Positions 1 through 11,152 of a stretch of DNA of 64,000 bases are shown here, one piece after another. The notes under the pieces were generated by a model. It had not been told where the DNA came from. It saw only the letters and a list, made by a program, of their open reading frames with translations, and made no database searches. This DNA comes from Vulcanimicrobiota bacterium (GTDB lineage: Bacteria > Vulcanimicrobiota > Vulcanimicrobiia > Vulcanimicrobiales > Vulcanimicrobiaceae), in NCBI GenBank assembly GCA_963812155.1, contig CAWETW010000003.1, positions 1 to 64,000 on the forward strand, given 5' to 3'. Position 1 is the stretch's first letter. Each line of letters opens with the position of its first letter. The translations under genes were made by a program, and so were the position numbers.

Positions 1-257
1 TGGTAATTTCTCCGTATGCGAAGAAAGGTTACGTCGACCACACGCAGTTCGAGTTCGGAAGCGTCCTGAAGTTCACCGAAAACGTCTTTAATTTGCCGTC
101 GTTGGGCTTTACGGACCAGCGCGCCAACGGACTCTCCGACGCGTTCGACTTTTCGCAGAAGCCCCGCGCCTTTCAGAAGATTCCGTGCAAGTATCCGCCG
201 TCGCATTTCATCGGTGAGGGGCCGTCGAACCAGCCGGTGGACGACGATAAAAACTAA
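1..257 (+). CDS. Phosphoesterase / phospholipase C-like protein (alkaline phosphatase superfamily), 3' end only
   Basis: Frame from nt 3 reads VISPYAKKGYVDHTQFEFGSVLKFTENVFNLPSLGFTDQRANGLSDAFDFSQKPRAF...DDDKN*, which matches the C-termini of the paralogues at 29030 and 46834. Confidence 0.85.
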   Translation, partial: VISPYAKKGYVDHTQFEFGSVLKFTENVFNLPSLGFTDQRANGLSDAFDFSQKPRAFQKIPCKYPPSHFIGEGPSNQPVDDDKN

Positions 258-1052
258 AGGTTGAGACGCGCGCGCAAAGCGCGCGTCTGCGTTTCGAACT
301 CCGCGAAACTCGTTGCGAACATCCGCTCGTAGAGGAGTTCGCCCGCGTGCGGGCGGCCGTTGAGACGGTCCACGTCGAAGCGCACGACGCGTTCCCGCCG
401 CGCGATGAGCCGCGCGTGGCGGCGCCCGGCAGAAGCCCCAGCCACGTGCGCCGCTGCGACCGGTAGTGGCGGCATAGCCACGTCGCGCGCCAGCGTGCAC
501 TCAGCGTCATGGCGGCGCGGTGCGAGGGCGACGTCGACGGCAACTGACGCATCGTTGCAAAGAACGGTCGCGGACGGCGGTACGCGTTGTAGAGCGAGAA
601 ATGCCAGGCGTCGCCGGCAATGCCGCGGTCCGATGCGATGACGGCGGCGAGGAGATGCGCGGCGTCGTGATCCGGATGTCCGCCTTCGTACGACGGAGCG
701 TAGATCCGTTGCGGTTCGAAACCGGACTCATCGATCCACGCTTCTACGGCCGCTAGGGCTTCGAGCGAGCGTTCCGCTAGCCGGCCGTCGCGAATGCGTT
801 CGTTTTGCGCCGTGAGCATCACGATCGCGTCGTCCTAATGCCGAGCGTTCGCAACGCCGAGCGGCTCTCGGCGTCGCGCACCGCGGGCGCGACGCCGTGG
901 CCGGCGCCGTCCGTGAGATAGACGCACGCGATGTCGTAACCGGCGGCGCGCTCTTCGAGCAGCCACGGAACGGCCATATACTCGTCGTCCTGGTGCGCGA
1001 ATACGAAAAGGACGCGCGACGCTGACGCCACGGCTGCTACGTGCGCCGTCAC
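254..1052 (-). CDS. PIG-L/LmbE-family deacetylase (frameshifted)
   Basis: VLFVFAHQDDE and GGHPDHD metal motifs are spread over ORFs 819..1253, 208..822 and 254..481; GTG start at 1052. Confidence 0.8.
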
Positions 1053-1103
1053 CCGTGGCCGTTCCCGGTGCCGCACGCAAGGAACGCGCGCTGGCCAGGG
1101 ACT

Positions 1104-1398
1104 ATGCGCTCGGCGGAACACGTTCACATCGAACAGCGGTTCCGACGTTTCGCGCCCATCAGTACTTTCATCGCCGATCCAGCGGGGCACGCATCGGAAT
1201 GTCCGTCGCTCTATCCCTGGGGCTGCGACGGCCACGAGCAGCCCGGTCGTCAAACTCGCCTACGGCTACTGCGAGCCTCCACACGACTTTTCGAAGGCCA
1301 CCGGGCATGAAGTCGACGGCGCGCGATTCGTGGCGCACTCGGAAAGCGGCATCGTCGACGTCGAGCAGCCGGCCTTACAAACGAGCGCTAAGGTTTGA
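1104..1398 (+). CDS. Possible small hypothetical protein (frameshifted)
   Basis: MRSAEHVHIEQRFRRFAP... could join ...PVVKLAYGYCEPPHDFSKATGHEVDGARFVAHSESGIVDVEQPALQTSAKV*; no recognisable motif. Confidence 0.25.
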
Positions 1399-1472
1399 TT
1401 CGGGTGTAGGAGGCGGCGGCCGAAGTTTACTACGGTAAACGAGACCCGACCGACAACGACCCGGGCCGAACT

Positions 1473-2711
1473 TTAGTGGTCGAAGACGATTTCGTCGATG
1501 CGAGGCCCGACATCGCGCACGTCGCCGCTGATGCCTAGGTCGTTGTGATTGACCGTAGCCGACGTGATGCGCACGCGCGTCGATTGACTCCGCGCGGAAT
1601 GCGCTTGTCGCAGCGCAGCGCGATCTTCCCGGCCGATGCGGGTGCGCGCGTCACGACCGCGCCGTTGACTTCGACGGCGACTTCGCTCTTGGCCGGCATG
1701 CCGGCCGGAACGGTTGCCTGCACGGTCCAACTGCGAACGTCGCGCAGCGGCTCGAACGTAAACTCGAGCGCGCCGTCGGTCCAGCCGTCTTCGTAGCCGC
1801 CTTTGATCTTGCCGGTTTGCCGCACGTAACCGATGAGCGGTAGGCGCAGCAGCGGAAGCAGTCCGGCGATGCGCGTCGCGATACGTGTCGACCATCGCGG
1901 TCGCCGCTTCAGGCGAGGAGGCGCGTTGCGCGATACGGCATCCGCGACCGGCTTGCCGCTGGTGGCTCTCGCGTACGCGCGAATCACGTCCATGCGCTCG
2001 CCGAACGCGGCGACGCGGCCCTTGTCGAGCCAGAGCGCGACGTCGCATTGCGCGGCGACCGCATGCGAGTCGTGCGTTACCAAGATCGTCGTCTTGCCGC
2101 GCGACTTTGAAATCGGCCAGCCACGCCGTGCATTTTGCGGCAAAGCGCTCGTCGCCGACGGCGAAGACTTCGTCGATGAGCAGAACGTCGGGATCGACGC
2201 GGGTGGCGGCGGCAAATGCGAGCCGCATCGTCATGCCGGCCGAGTACGTGCGCAGCGGCGCGTCGATGAATTCGTCGAGTTCGGAAAACGCAATGACGTC
2301 GTCGATCTGCGCCTTTCGCCTCCGCGCGGGTCATGCCGAGCGTCAGCAGTTCGATCAAGCGCGTTCTCGCGGCCGGAAAGATACGGATTGAAACCGGCGC
2401 CGACCGCGAGCAGCGGCGCGACGCTCCCGCCGAGCCGAACCTCGCCCGAATCGGCTTGCGTGATGCCGGCGAGGATTCGCAGCAGCGTCGTTTTGCCCGA
2501 TCCGTTCTCACCGATCACGCCCAGCGATTGTCCGCGTTTCAGCGAAAAACTCACGTCTTGGAGCGCGTCGACGATACCGTAGTGTCCGTCGAAACGCACG
2601 CGTTGGAGAACCAGATCTTTGAGGGTCGAGTGGCCTGCCGGACGCCGCAAAGCGGAAGCGTTTGGAGATTCCGATCGCTTCGACCATGATATGCGTCGCC
2701 CCGTCGACCAT
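1473..2711 (-). CDS. wzt: Polysaccharide ABC transporter ATP-binding subunit (Wzt/TagH-like) with an extra C-terminal domain (frameshifted)
   Basis: ALQDVSF, Walker A GENGSGKTT, GAGFNPYLSGREN, MRLAFAAAT, Walker B LLIDEVFAVGD and VTHD lie across several frames. Confidence 0.9.
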
Positions 2712-2800
2712 GCCATTCGTCGTTAATAAAGCGGTCATCGCGGAAATGATTCGTTGCGTCGTGGTAGGAGGTCCCCCCGCCGTCCGCTTAAGCACCGCGC

Positions 2801-5019
2801 ATGAGCCAGCCCAGCATCTACGGCGAGCTCGCGCGCGCCTGAGTGAAGAGCAGGATCGCCTCGATGCCCTTCGTTCCGACTACGAGCGTATCATGGCGAG
2901 CCGCTTTCACGCGCTGCGGATGCTGTGGTTCTCGCTCAAGGCCGTGCTCGGAATCGCTTCGACCGAGCGACGTCTACGCCGCGTGGTCGCCGCAGTTCGG
3001 CCCGCGTGCGATCGCGACCCGTTCCAGCGGCACGATGCTGCGCGAGGCCGAAGCGCTGCTGATCGAAGCGTGGAATCAGCGGGCCGTCGAACGCGCCGAT
3101 GGCCGACCCGCCAATGGTGACTATAGTCATTCCCGTGTACAACCATCGCGACGTTACGACGCGCTGCCTGCGCTCGATCGCCGATTCGTGGTTCGAGACG
3201 CTGGACGTCCAGATTCGTCGTCGTCGACGACGGTTCGTTCGACGGAACGGCGGACGTCGTGACGCCGCTGTGCGGGCATCGACTACGTGCGCAGCGGGAA
3301 GAACGAAGGGTTCGTTCGCGCCTGCAATCGAGGCGCCGCGATCGCGCGCGGACGATACGTCTGCTTCCTCAACAACGACACGGTCGTGCGCGGCGGCTGG
3401 CTCGAACATCTGGTCACCACCGCCGAAGGCGATCCGAAGATCGGCGTCGTCGGCGCCAAACTGCTCTATCCGGACGGCCGGCTGCAGGAAGCCGGAAACA
3501 TCCTCTGGCGCGATGCGACCGGTTGGAACGTCGGCCATGCCGAGAATCCCGACGATCCGCGATACAACTTTCTGCGCGAAGCCGATTACGTTTCGGGGGC
3601 GGCACTGCTCGTTCGGCGCGAGCTGTTCGAGCGACTGGGCGGCTTCTCGGAAGCCTACCGGCCGGCCTACTACGAAGATGCCGACCTCTGTTTCGGCGTG
3701 CGCTCGCTGGGCTATCGCGTCGTCTACCAGCCGCGCGCCGAGGTCGTGCACTACGAAGGCGTCACGTCGGGCGACGAGCGCTCCGGCGTCAAGCGATTCC
3801 AAGAGATCAACCGGCCGAAGTTTCGCGAGAAGTGGGCGACGCGAACTCGGCTCGCGGCTGGAAAACAATCACGCGAACGTCACGCCGGCCTGGCGGCGCG
3901 GAACGCCGGGCAAGACGATGCTGATCGTCGATTCGTTCGTGCCGATGTACGATCACGAAGCCGGCTCGCAACGGATGCAGCACATCGTCGAGATGCTGCG
4001 CGCGGCCGGATATCGCGTCGTCTTCCTGCCCGACAACTACGCGCCGCTGCAGCCCTACACCGACGAACTCCAGCAAATGGGCGTCGAGGTGCTGCACCAC
4101 GTCGACGGCGGCAAGACCCAGCAGGAAGCGCTCGACGACGTGTTGCCGCTGATCGACCTGGCTTGGATATCGCGTCCGGATCTCTATCGCAAGTACGCGC
4201 CGGCGATTCGCGCCAACGGCCGCGTGCGCGTCGTGTACGATACGGTCGACCTCAGCCACGTCCGCATGCGGCGGCAAGCCGAGCTGCTCGGTGAGGACGC
4301 CGGCGCCTGGCGCGAAGCGCTGCAGGTGGAGCTCGAGTGCGCGCGCAGCGCCGACGTCACGGTCGTCGTCACCGGCGACGAGCGGCGCGTGCTCGAGGAA
4401 CTCGGGCTCACAAACGTCTACGTCATTCCGACGATTCATCCAATGGCCGTCGCGCGAGCGGCGGCGCTTCGACGAGTCGTCCGGTTTGCTGTTCATCGCG
4501 AACTACCATCATCCGCCCAACGTCGACGCCGTCGTGTGGCTGTGCGAGCACGTGATGCCGATCGTCTGGCAACGGATTCCCGACGCGATGCTGACGCTCG
4601 TCGGCAGCAATCCGTCGCAGACCGTGCTCTGCGTTGAAGTCGCGCGAAAGTGCGCGTGACGGGCTACGTGCGCGACGTTTCGCCGTTCTTCTTGCGCAGC
4701 CGCATCTTCGTGGCGCCGCTGCGCTTCGGCGCGGGCATGAAGGGGAAAATCGGGCAGGCGCTCTCGTACGCGCTGCCGGTCGTCACGACGCCGGTCGGCG
4801 CCGAGGGCTTGGGCCTGCGCGACGGCGAGAATGCGGTCATCGCCGATGCCGATCCGCAGGCGTTTGCGCGAAGCCATCGTTGCACTCTACGGCGACGCCG
4901 AGCGCTGGCAGCGTATCTCCGACGCCGCCGAGTCGACGCTGCGGCCGTTTACGCCCGAAACCGTCGCCGTCCAACTGCAGGATTTGCTCGAGCAGATCTC
5001 CGCACTGCAGACGGCTTAG
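2801..5019 (+). CDS. GT2-GT4 fused glycosyltransferase with a coiled-coil-like N-terminus (frameshifted)
   Basis: VTIVIPVYN, GFVRACNRG, FLNND, YYEDADLC (GT2), then DHEAGSQR, YDTVDL, HPPNVDA, APLRFGAGMKGKI (GT4). Confidence 0.9.
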
Positions 5020-7075
5020 CGTTCGAACCCGAGAGCCGCGAGCATCGCGTCGAGCTTACGGCCCGCCGCGGCCGGCGTAAAGCGCGCCGCGATCGCGCGT
5101 CCCGCAGCCGATAACCGTTCCCAACGCGCGCGATCCTCGTACAACTCGACGATGCGCGCGGCGAAGGCCTCGGGCTCGTCCGGCGTATCGTCGTACTCGC
5201 CGGCGGCGAACACGTCTTCCGCTCCGATCGTGGTGGATACGACCGGAATGCCGTGCGCGAGCGCGTACACGGTTTTTCCTTTCGTGCCCGCGCCGAAGCG
5301 CAGCGGTACCGCAAACACGCGCGCCTGCGCCAGCAATGCCGCAGCGTCGGGCACGAATCCGGCGACGCGAACGTGCGGCGCCGCGAGCGCACGCACGGCC
5401 CGCGTCGGATCCGCGCCCGCGAGCGTCAAGTCGACGTCCGGCAGGCGTTGCCGCACGAGCGGCACGATCGCTTCGCAGAGCCAGCGCGCCGCATCGACGT
5501 TGGGCGCGTGCGCGTAGTTTCCGAGGAAGACGATGCCGTTGCGCGATTCCCATCCGGCGGCCGGCGCAGGCGGGAGCGGTTCGATCACGGGCAGTTCGTA
5601 CGCGCGCGAGATGCCTTCCGCACGCAACAGCGCGCGCTCCGAATCGCCGCCGGTCACGGTGACGTCCGCTTCCCGAGCGAGTGCGATCTCGCGCGCGTCG
5701 CATCGTGCGCCACTTCGTATCGCGCCCTCGCACGGATGCTTCGCGCTCGAGCCGGCGATAGTGCAGATCGACGGTGTCGAAGACGATCGGAATGCGAAAC
5801 TCCCGCCTCAGCGCCGCCATCAGGCGCGCCGCGGGTTCGGGTCGCGACAGCCACGCCGCATCGAGCCGGACGTTCTGCCGCTTCATCGCCGTCAGCGTCT
5901 GCACACCGAAACCGGTGATGACGTCGGTGCCGGCCGAACGCAGCATCGGTGCGTACGGCTCGTATTCGTTGCCGTCGAGCGCGCCGAAGATCACGCGCCA
6001 GCCGCGCTCGCGCAGCAGCTCGACGAGAAAGGCGATGCGGCGAGAGCCGGCATCGCGATCGGTGAACGGCACGTGCTCGTCGACGACGAGCATGGTGCGC
6101 TTGGCGAGGCGTCGCGACGCCGTCTCGACGTTGCGCGCATCCGGGTCGGAATGCTCGCGCAGCACGTCCTGCCAGCGCTGCACGAAGATCTCGCGGCTGC
6201 GTTCTTGTGCCGCGCGAGCGTCGGCGCGCGCGTTGCTTCCGTAGGTCGCGCCTTCGGCATGAACGACGACCGAGCGCGGCTGATAGACGATGCGACCGCC
6301 GGCCGCGCGCAGTCGAAAGCACAGGTCGACGTCTTCGTAATATGCGGGATGGAACGCGGGATCGAATCCGCCGGCGCGCCGGAACGACTCGGTCTCGACC
6401 ATGAGGCTGGCGGCCGATCCGTAGTCCACGTCGCGCGGGCTGCGATAGCGCCAGTCGCGCGGAGAGTCGCCGCGACCGTAGTTCCATCCTCGTCCGTCGC
6501 TCCAGACGATGCCGCCGGCTTCGGAGATTCGTCCTGCCGGATCGCGCAGTTGCGATACGACGGCGGCGACGCGTTCGTCTTCGCGCGAAACTCGCGAGGA
6601 GCGGGCGCTTCCCACCCTTCGGTGACGAGCGCGTCGTTGTTGAGAAAATGCAGGTACGTGCCGCGCGCCGCCGCGGCGCCGGCATTGCAGGCCGCTGCGA
6701 AGCCGGCGTTGCGTTCCATGCGCACGACGCGCACGCCGCGGCATGCGGCCAGCAGCTCGGCGGTTCGATCCGAGGATGCGTCGTCGACGACGACGATTTC
6801 GGTCGGAATCGAAGCATCGGCGGCCGCATGCAGCGCGTTCAGGCACGCGTTCGTATAGCGCCATCGGTTGAAGGCCGGGATGACGACCGAAACGACCGGC
6901 TGATCCGAATCGGGAAATGCAACCGGCTCGGGCTCGTGCGGGTAATCGAAAGCGTGCGCCGCATCGAAAGCGACCGCTGCAGCGCCGCGTAGCGGGCGGC
7001 GGCGTTGCGGCGCAGCCATCGCCCGCCGCGTTGGGCGAAGACGAGCGGGCCGTGCTCGGCCGCGACCCGCAGCGC
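5016..7075 (-). CDS. GT2-GT4 fused glycosyltransferase, paralogue of 2801..5019 (frameshifted; start uncertain)
   Basis: VSVVIPAFN, VVDDAS, FLNND, YYEDVDLC, DRDAGSRR, FDTVDLH, HAPNVDA, PLRFGAGTKGK. Confidence 0.9.
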
Positions 7076-7079
7076 CTTC

Positions 7080-7618
7080 CTAAATATAGCCGATCCGCAC
7101 GAGCATCACGCTCAACTCACGGCGGTCCTCGTTGAGCCCGATCTTTTTCGGTACCCATTTCACCGACATGTTCAGCGCGGCGGTCAGATGGCGAAGCCCG
7201 CGCAGCGCCGGCGGGATGGGGAAACTGACGTCCTGCATTCCGGGTGACAACAGCGCGGGTGCTCCGGCCGCTCGTCCGTTGAAGCTGACGTGCACGCGTT
7301 CGGCGTTCTTCTGCAGCGGCGCCACCGACGGAACGTAGAACGTGAAGACCGCTAACTGCGCACCGGCCGGATTGTCGAGCGTGAGCAGCGCGCTGCCGGC
7401 GAGAAAGCAGCACGTCTTCGGTGCGTCCGACGCGTAGATGCCTTCGTGCAGCGCGTCGGCATAGCCGGCCGGAGCAACGATGCCGGGCGGGTAGACGGTC
7501 GCGCCCGCCCGTGCTCGATGCGTCCTGCTGCGCGCGGTCGTGCGCGCACGCCGCGGTTGCGGCGGCCAGCGCAAGCGCGAGGAGCGATACGCGAAATCGA
7601 ATGCTTCATCGAGTTCAT
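7080..7618 (-). CDS. Putative lipoprotein with a beta-sandwich-like domain (frameshifted N-terminus)
   Basis: ATG at 7618 overlaps the upstream stop; an alternative frame gives signal LLALALAAATAAC; body EGIYASDAPKTCCFL...DRRELSVMLVRIGYI. Confidence 0.65.
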
Positions 7619-8184
7619 TCGAAATAGAGGTAGAGCAACACGGCGCCGAGGCTGCGCGTGTCGTCGACCGGCGCCGCCGCCCGCAGATGCAGCAAGGCCA
7701 GCAGCGAATGCGACGGCGGCGTGTCGCGCCGAGGGACGAAATCGATTGCGGTCGTGACGTCGATCGGAACGAGTCCGGTGACGTTGCGAAGGGTCGCGGG
7801 AACCGGAAATCCGACGCGGCGCTGCACGCCGGGGCGTAACTGCACGCGGTACGGCGGACCGTCGCCGTGGAAACGCAGCGTCACCACTTGGCCGCCGGCA
7901 AAACGCGGCAGATCCGGTACGCGTAAACCCGCAACGAGCCGGCGCGCGGGCGCGCGTTTGCGCACGAGCAGCGTCGCGTGCGGCGCGATCCAGCAGCACG
8001 AAAACGCACTCGAGCCTTCGACGTAGAGACCGTCGAACTCGGTCGAGCCGTCGCCGAGATTGCTGGGAACGGCGACGTCGGGCGGTGCGATCGTGTCGTG
8101 AATGCGAAAGTTCGACGCGTCGTATGCCGCGTCGCGCGGACCGCACGCAACCAGCGCGAACGCAACAGGTAATTGCCGCTGCAA
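7615..8184 (-). CDS. Putative lipoprotein, paralogue of 7080..7618 (start uncertain)
   Basis: Lipobox-like FALVAC-G; body DGLYVEGSSAFSCCWI...DDTRSLGAVLLYLYFE. Confidence 0.65.
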   Translation of the reverse strand: MQRQLPVAFALVACGPRDAAYDASNFRIHDTIAPPDVAVPSNLGDGSTEFDGLYVEGSSAFSCCWIAPHATLLVRKRAPARRLVAGLRVPDLPRFAGGQVVTLRFHGDGPPYRVQLRPGVQRRVGFPVPATLRNVTGLVPIDVTTAIDFVPRRDTPPSHSLLALLHLRAAAPVDDTRSLGAVLLYLYFE

Positions 8185-8230
8185 CCAGCCTGGGAGGCTT
8201 CGCCCGCGCGGTCGCGCAAAGGGCCGGTGA

Positions 8231-10165
8231 ATGCTTGCGCTGACGCATTTCGTGCTGGGACTCGCAATCGCACACGTGACGCTCCTGATCTTCTTTTTGA
8301 TCGGGTCGGCAGCCTTCCCGTGGTGCGATTCGCCGCAATCCGGCGGGTCGTCGCGTGCGGCGATGCGCGCAATCTGCACGTGCGGATTGGGTGCCGCAAT
8401 CGCCGGCTTGACGGTGTTTTTCATCGGTTCGATCGGCTGGCTCACGCCGGCAGGCATCGGCGTTGCGCTGGCGGCCGCGTTCGCCGCGGCGTGCGCGTTA
8501 CGGCGCGTCTCGCCCCTGCGCGCGGCGTTTTGGAGCGCACGTCTGCGGGCGCTGACCGCCTGCGCGAGCGTGCCGCTCGGGGCCGTGTACGCCGCATTGC
8601 TGGTCGTGGCGACGCGCGCGGTCATTCCCGAAGGCACCGGCTACTCCGACGCGATCTACTACCATCTCGCCTACGCCCAAGATTGGGCCAACGCGGGCCG
8701 TCTGGTCGTCGATCCGTTCATGGCGTTCATTTTTTACGCGAACAACTTCGTGCTCTTCTTTACGGCGTGGATCGTCTTGCACGCGGGCGCCTTCGTGCAG
8801 TTCCTGACGTGGTCGTTCGGTTTGCTCGGAGCGCTGGCGCTCTACGCAGCCGTCGAAGATTGCGCCGGCTCGAGTCGCGCGCGCGGATGGGCCGTCGCGA
8901 TCGGACTTCTCGCCGTGGCCGCACTCGTTTTCACCCCGATCTTCCTCGATTATTCCGTCTTGGGCTACATCGACGTGCCGATCGGCGCGATGGCGCTGCT
9001 GGCAGTCGTGGCGCTGCAGATCGGCATTCGCGAGTCGCGAACGGACTGGCTGTTCGTATCGGCGGCGATCGCCGGATTTCTGATCGGCATGAAAGCGTCG
9101 TTTCTCGTGCTGCTGCCCGTCTTCGCCATCGCGCTGGCGTGGTCGGCGGCCGCAATCGGCGCGCGCCGAGTCGCGGTCGCGGGCATCCTCGCCGTGCTTT
9201 GCGCCGTTGCGGCACCCTGGTACGTGCGCAATCTCGTGCTCGCCGGCGATCCGATTGCGCCGACGCTCAACATCGCGCTCTACGGGCGCGACGGACTCTG
9301 GAAAACGATCGAGTGGAACGGCCTTTGGAACGACATGGCGACGTCGAAGTCGCCGCGCGCGTTCGCCACGCTGCCGGTGCGGGCGTACCTGCGACCGAGT
9401 TCTCCGGACTTTCGGGAATACGGCGCGTCGGCGCTCGTGCTGTTTCTGTACGTGCCGGCCGTCGTGCTGATCGCGGCATATGCGCTTCGCCGAAAGCCGC
9501 CGGCCGACGTCGCCGTGCCGGTCTTCGTGCTGACGGTGTTTGCGCTCTATTGGTTCGGCACGACGTCGCTGCTGCGGTACGCGCTGCTCTTCTATCCGCT
9601 GCTCGCGCTGTGCGTGGGCATGCTGCTGGTCGAGTGGACGCGACGCGTGCCCCGAGCGGCTCCGCTCGCCGTTGCCGTTGCCGTCGTCGCTGCGCTGCCG
9701 CCGTTTACGAGCCTGTCGCCGGACGGCGACTTCATTCAAAACGACATCCTCAGCGACGCCCACGCGTTTGCGCACTATCGCGGCGAGCAAGCGTTTCTCG
9801 AGGCCAACGACGACGGCTACGCCGACGAACAGATCGCGGCGGCGTGGATGCGCAGCCACGGATACGCCGGCAACGTCTTCGTTATTTCCGACAACGCCTT
9901 CGACTACTATTTCCGCCGCAACGGCGTGACCAGCATCGGCAACTGGACGGGGCCGGCCGGCTACTTCCGGCTGCTGCAGGCGATCGACGCGGGTGAAGCC
10001 GCGGAGTTTCTCGCGGACTTAGGGACGCGCGCGGTGTTTTTCAGCCACCAGCAGTTGCTCGATGCGGGCATCGAACACGTGCTGGCCGACGCAGCTCGAA
10101 AAGGCGGGGTATCGCGAAGTGCCGCTGACGCGCGGCACGTCGTACCATTTCTACGTGCGCGATTA
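8231..10165 (+). CDS. Polytopic membrane protein, GT-C superfamily-like (ArnT/PMT-like) glycosyltransferase
   Basis: Many hydrophobic segments; DAIYYH first-loop motif, YIDV, PWYVRN..GDP. A frameshift near 10090 makes the true end most likely ...SYHFYVRD* at 10165 rather than 10450. Confidence 0.7.
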
Positions 10166-10171
10166 GTGACG

Positions 10172-11143
10172 CTAGATGCGCGTCAGGCGATTGGTTTTTT
10201 GCGCGAACTGCACGTCGACCATCAGCGCGTTGAGCACCAGTTGGAAGCCCATGAGGAACGGCAGCACCGCGAGCATGACCGTACCGGTCGAACGGGAGAC
10301 GTGGGTGATCGAACTGACGATCCACTGGTAGGCGCCCCACGCGCCGCCGCCGAGCAGCAACAGCATCCCGAACGCGAGGTAGAGCGACGCAAGGTTGACG
10401 TCGAAGACGAAATACTGCAGGAGTATGCGACGCAGCGTCAGCCGCAGTAAGCGCGGCGGGAACTCCCACAGCACCTTCGCGATCGAGAGCGAACTGGGCG
10501 CACCGTTGTAAATCGTGGGCATCTCGAGTTCCAGAATCGGAAGCCGCCGCAGTCCCAGTTCGCACAGCACCGAAATCTCGAAGAAATAGGAATCGGCGAA
10601 CGAACGCCACGGAACGGCGGCGAGCAGGCGCGCGTTGAACGCCACGTAGCCGTTGGTCGGATCGACGAGATTCCAATAGCCCGAGGCGAACTTTGCGAGA
10701 ATCGAAAGCACCGCGTTTCCGAACAGCCGGCGCTTGGGCATCCGCAGCATCACCGCCGAGTCGAAGAATCGATTGCCCTTCACGCAGACGAGCGTGGGAT
10801 CGCTTTCAAACGCCGCGTCGATGGCCGGAATGAACGCCGGATCCATCTGGCCGTCGGCATCGAGTTTCACGATCACGTCGGCTCCGCGCTCCATGCAGAA
10901 GGCGATCCCGGTCTTCATCGCCGCGCCGACGCCGCCGTTGCGCTCGCGCTGCAGAATATGGACGTTGTCTGCGCTCGAGAACGCGGCGCGCGCTACCGCG
11001 CCCGAGCCTTCCGGGCATCCATCGTCGACGACGACGACATCGCTTGCGAACGCGAGCGCGCGGACGACGACGTCGACAATCGTGGCGGCGGCGCGATAGG
11101 CGGGAATGACGCAAAAAAGCCGCCGGCGGTCCCCGCCGTCCAC
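10172..11143 (-). CDS. GT2 DPM1-like polyprenol-phosphate glycosyltransferase with two C-terminal TM helices
   Basis: VIPAY, VVDDG, NGGVGAA, KLDADGQMDP, KGNRF, DPTNGY, YFFE. Confidence 0.9.
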   Translation of the reverse strand: MDGGDRRRLFCVIPAYRAAATIVDVVVRALAFASDVVVVDDGCPEGSGAVARAAFSSADNVHILQRERNGGVGAAMKTGIAFCMERGADVIVKLDADGQMDPAFIPAIDAAFESDPTLVCVKGNRFFDSAVMLRMPKRRLFGNAVLSILAKFASGYWNLVDPTNGYVAFNARLLAAVPWRSFADSYFFEISVLCELGLRRLPILELEMPTIYNGAPSSLSIAKVLWEFPPRLLRLTLRRILLQYFVFDVNLASLYLAFGMLLLLGGGAWGAYQWIVSSITHVSRSTGTVMLAVLPFLMGFQLVLNALMVDVQFAQKTNRLTRI

Positions 11144-11152
11144 GCGCGAACC

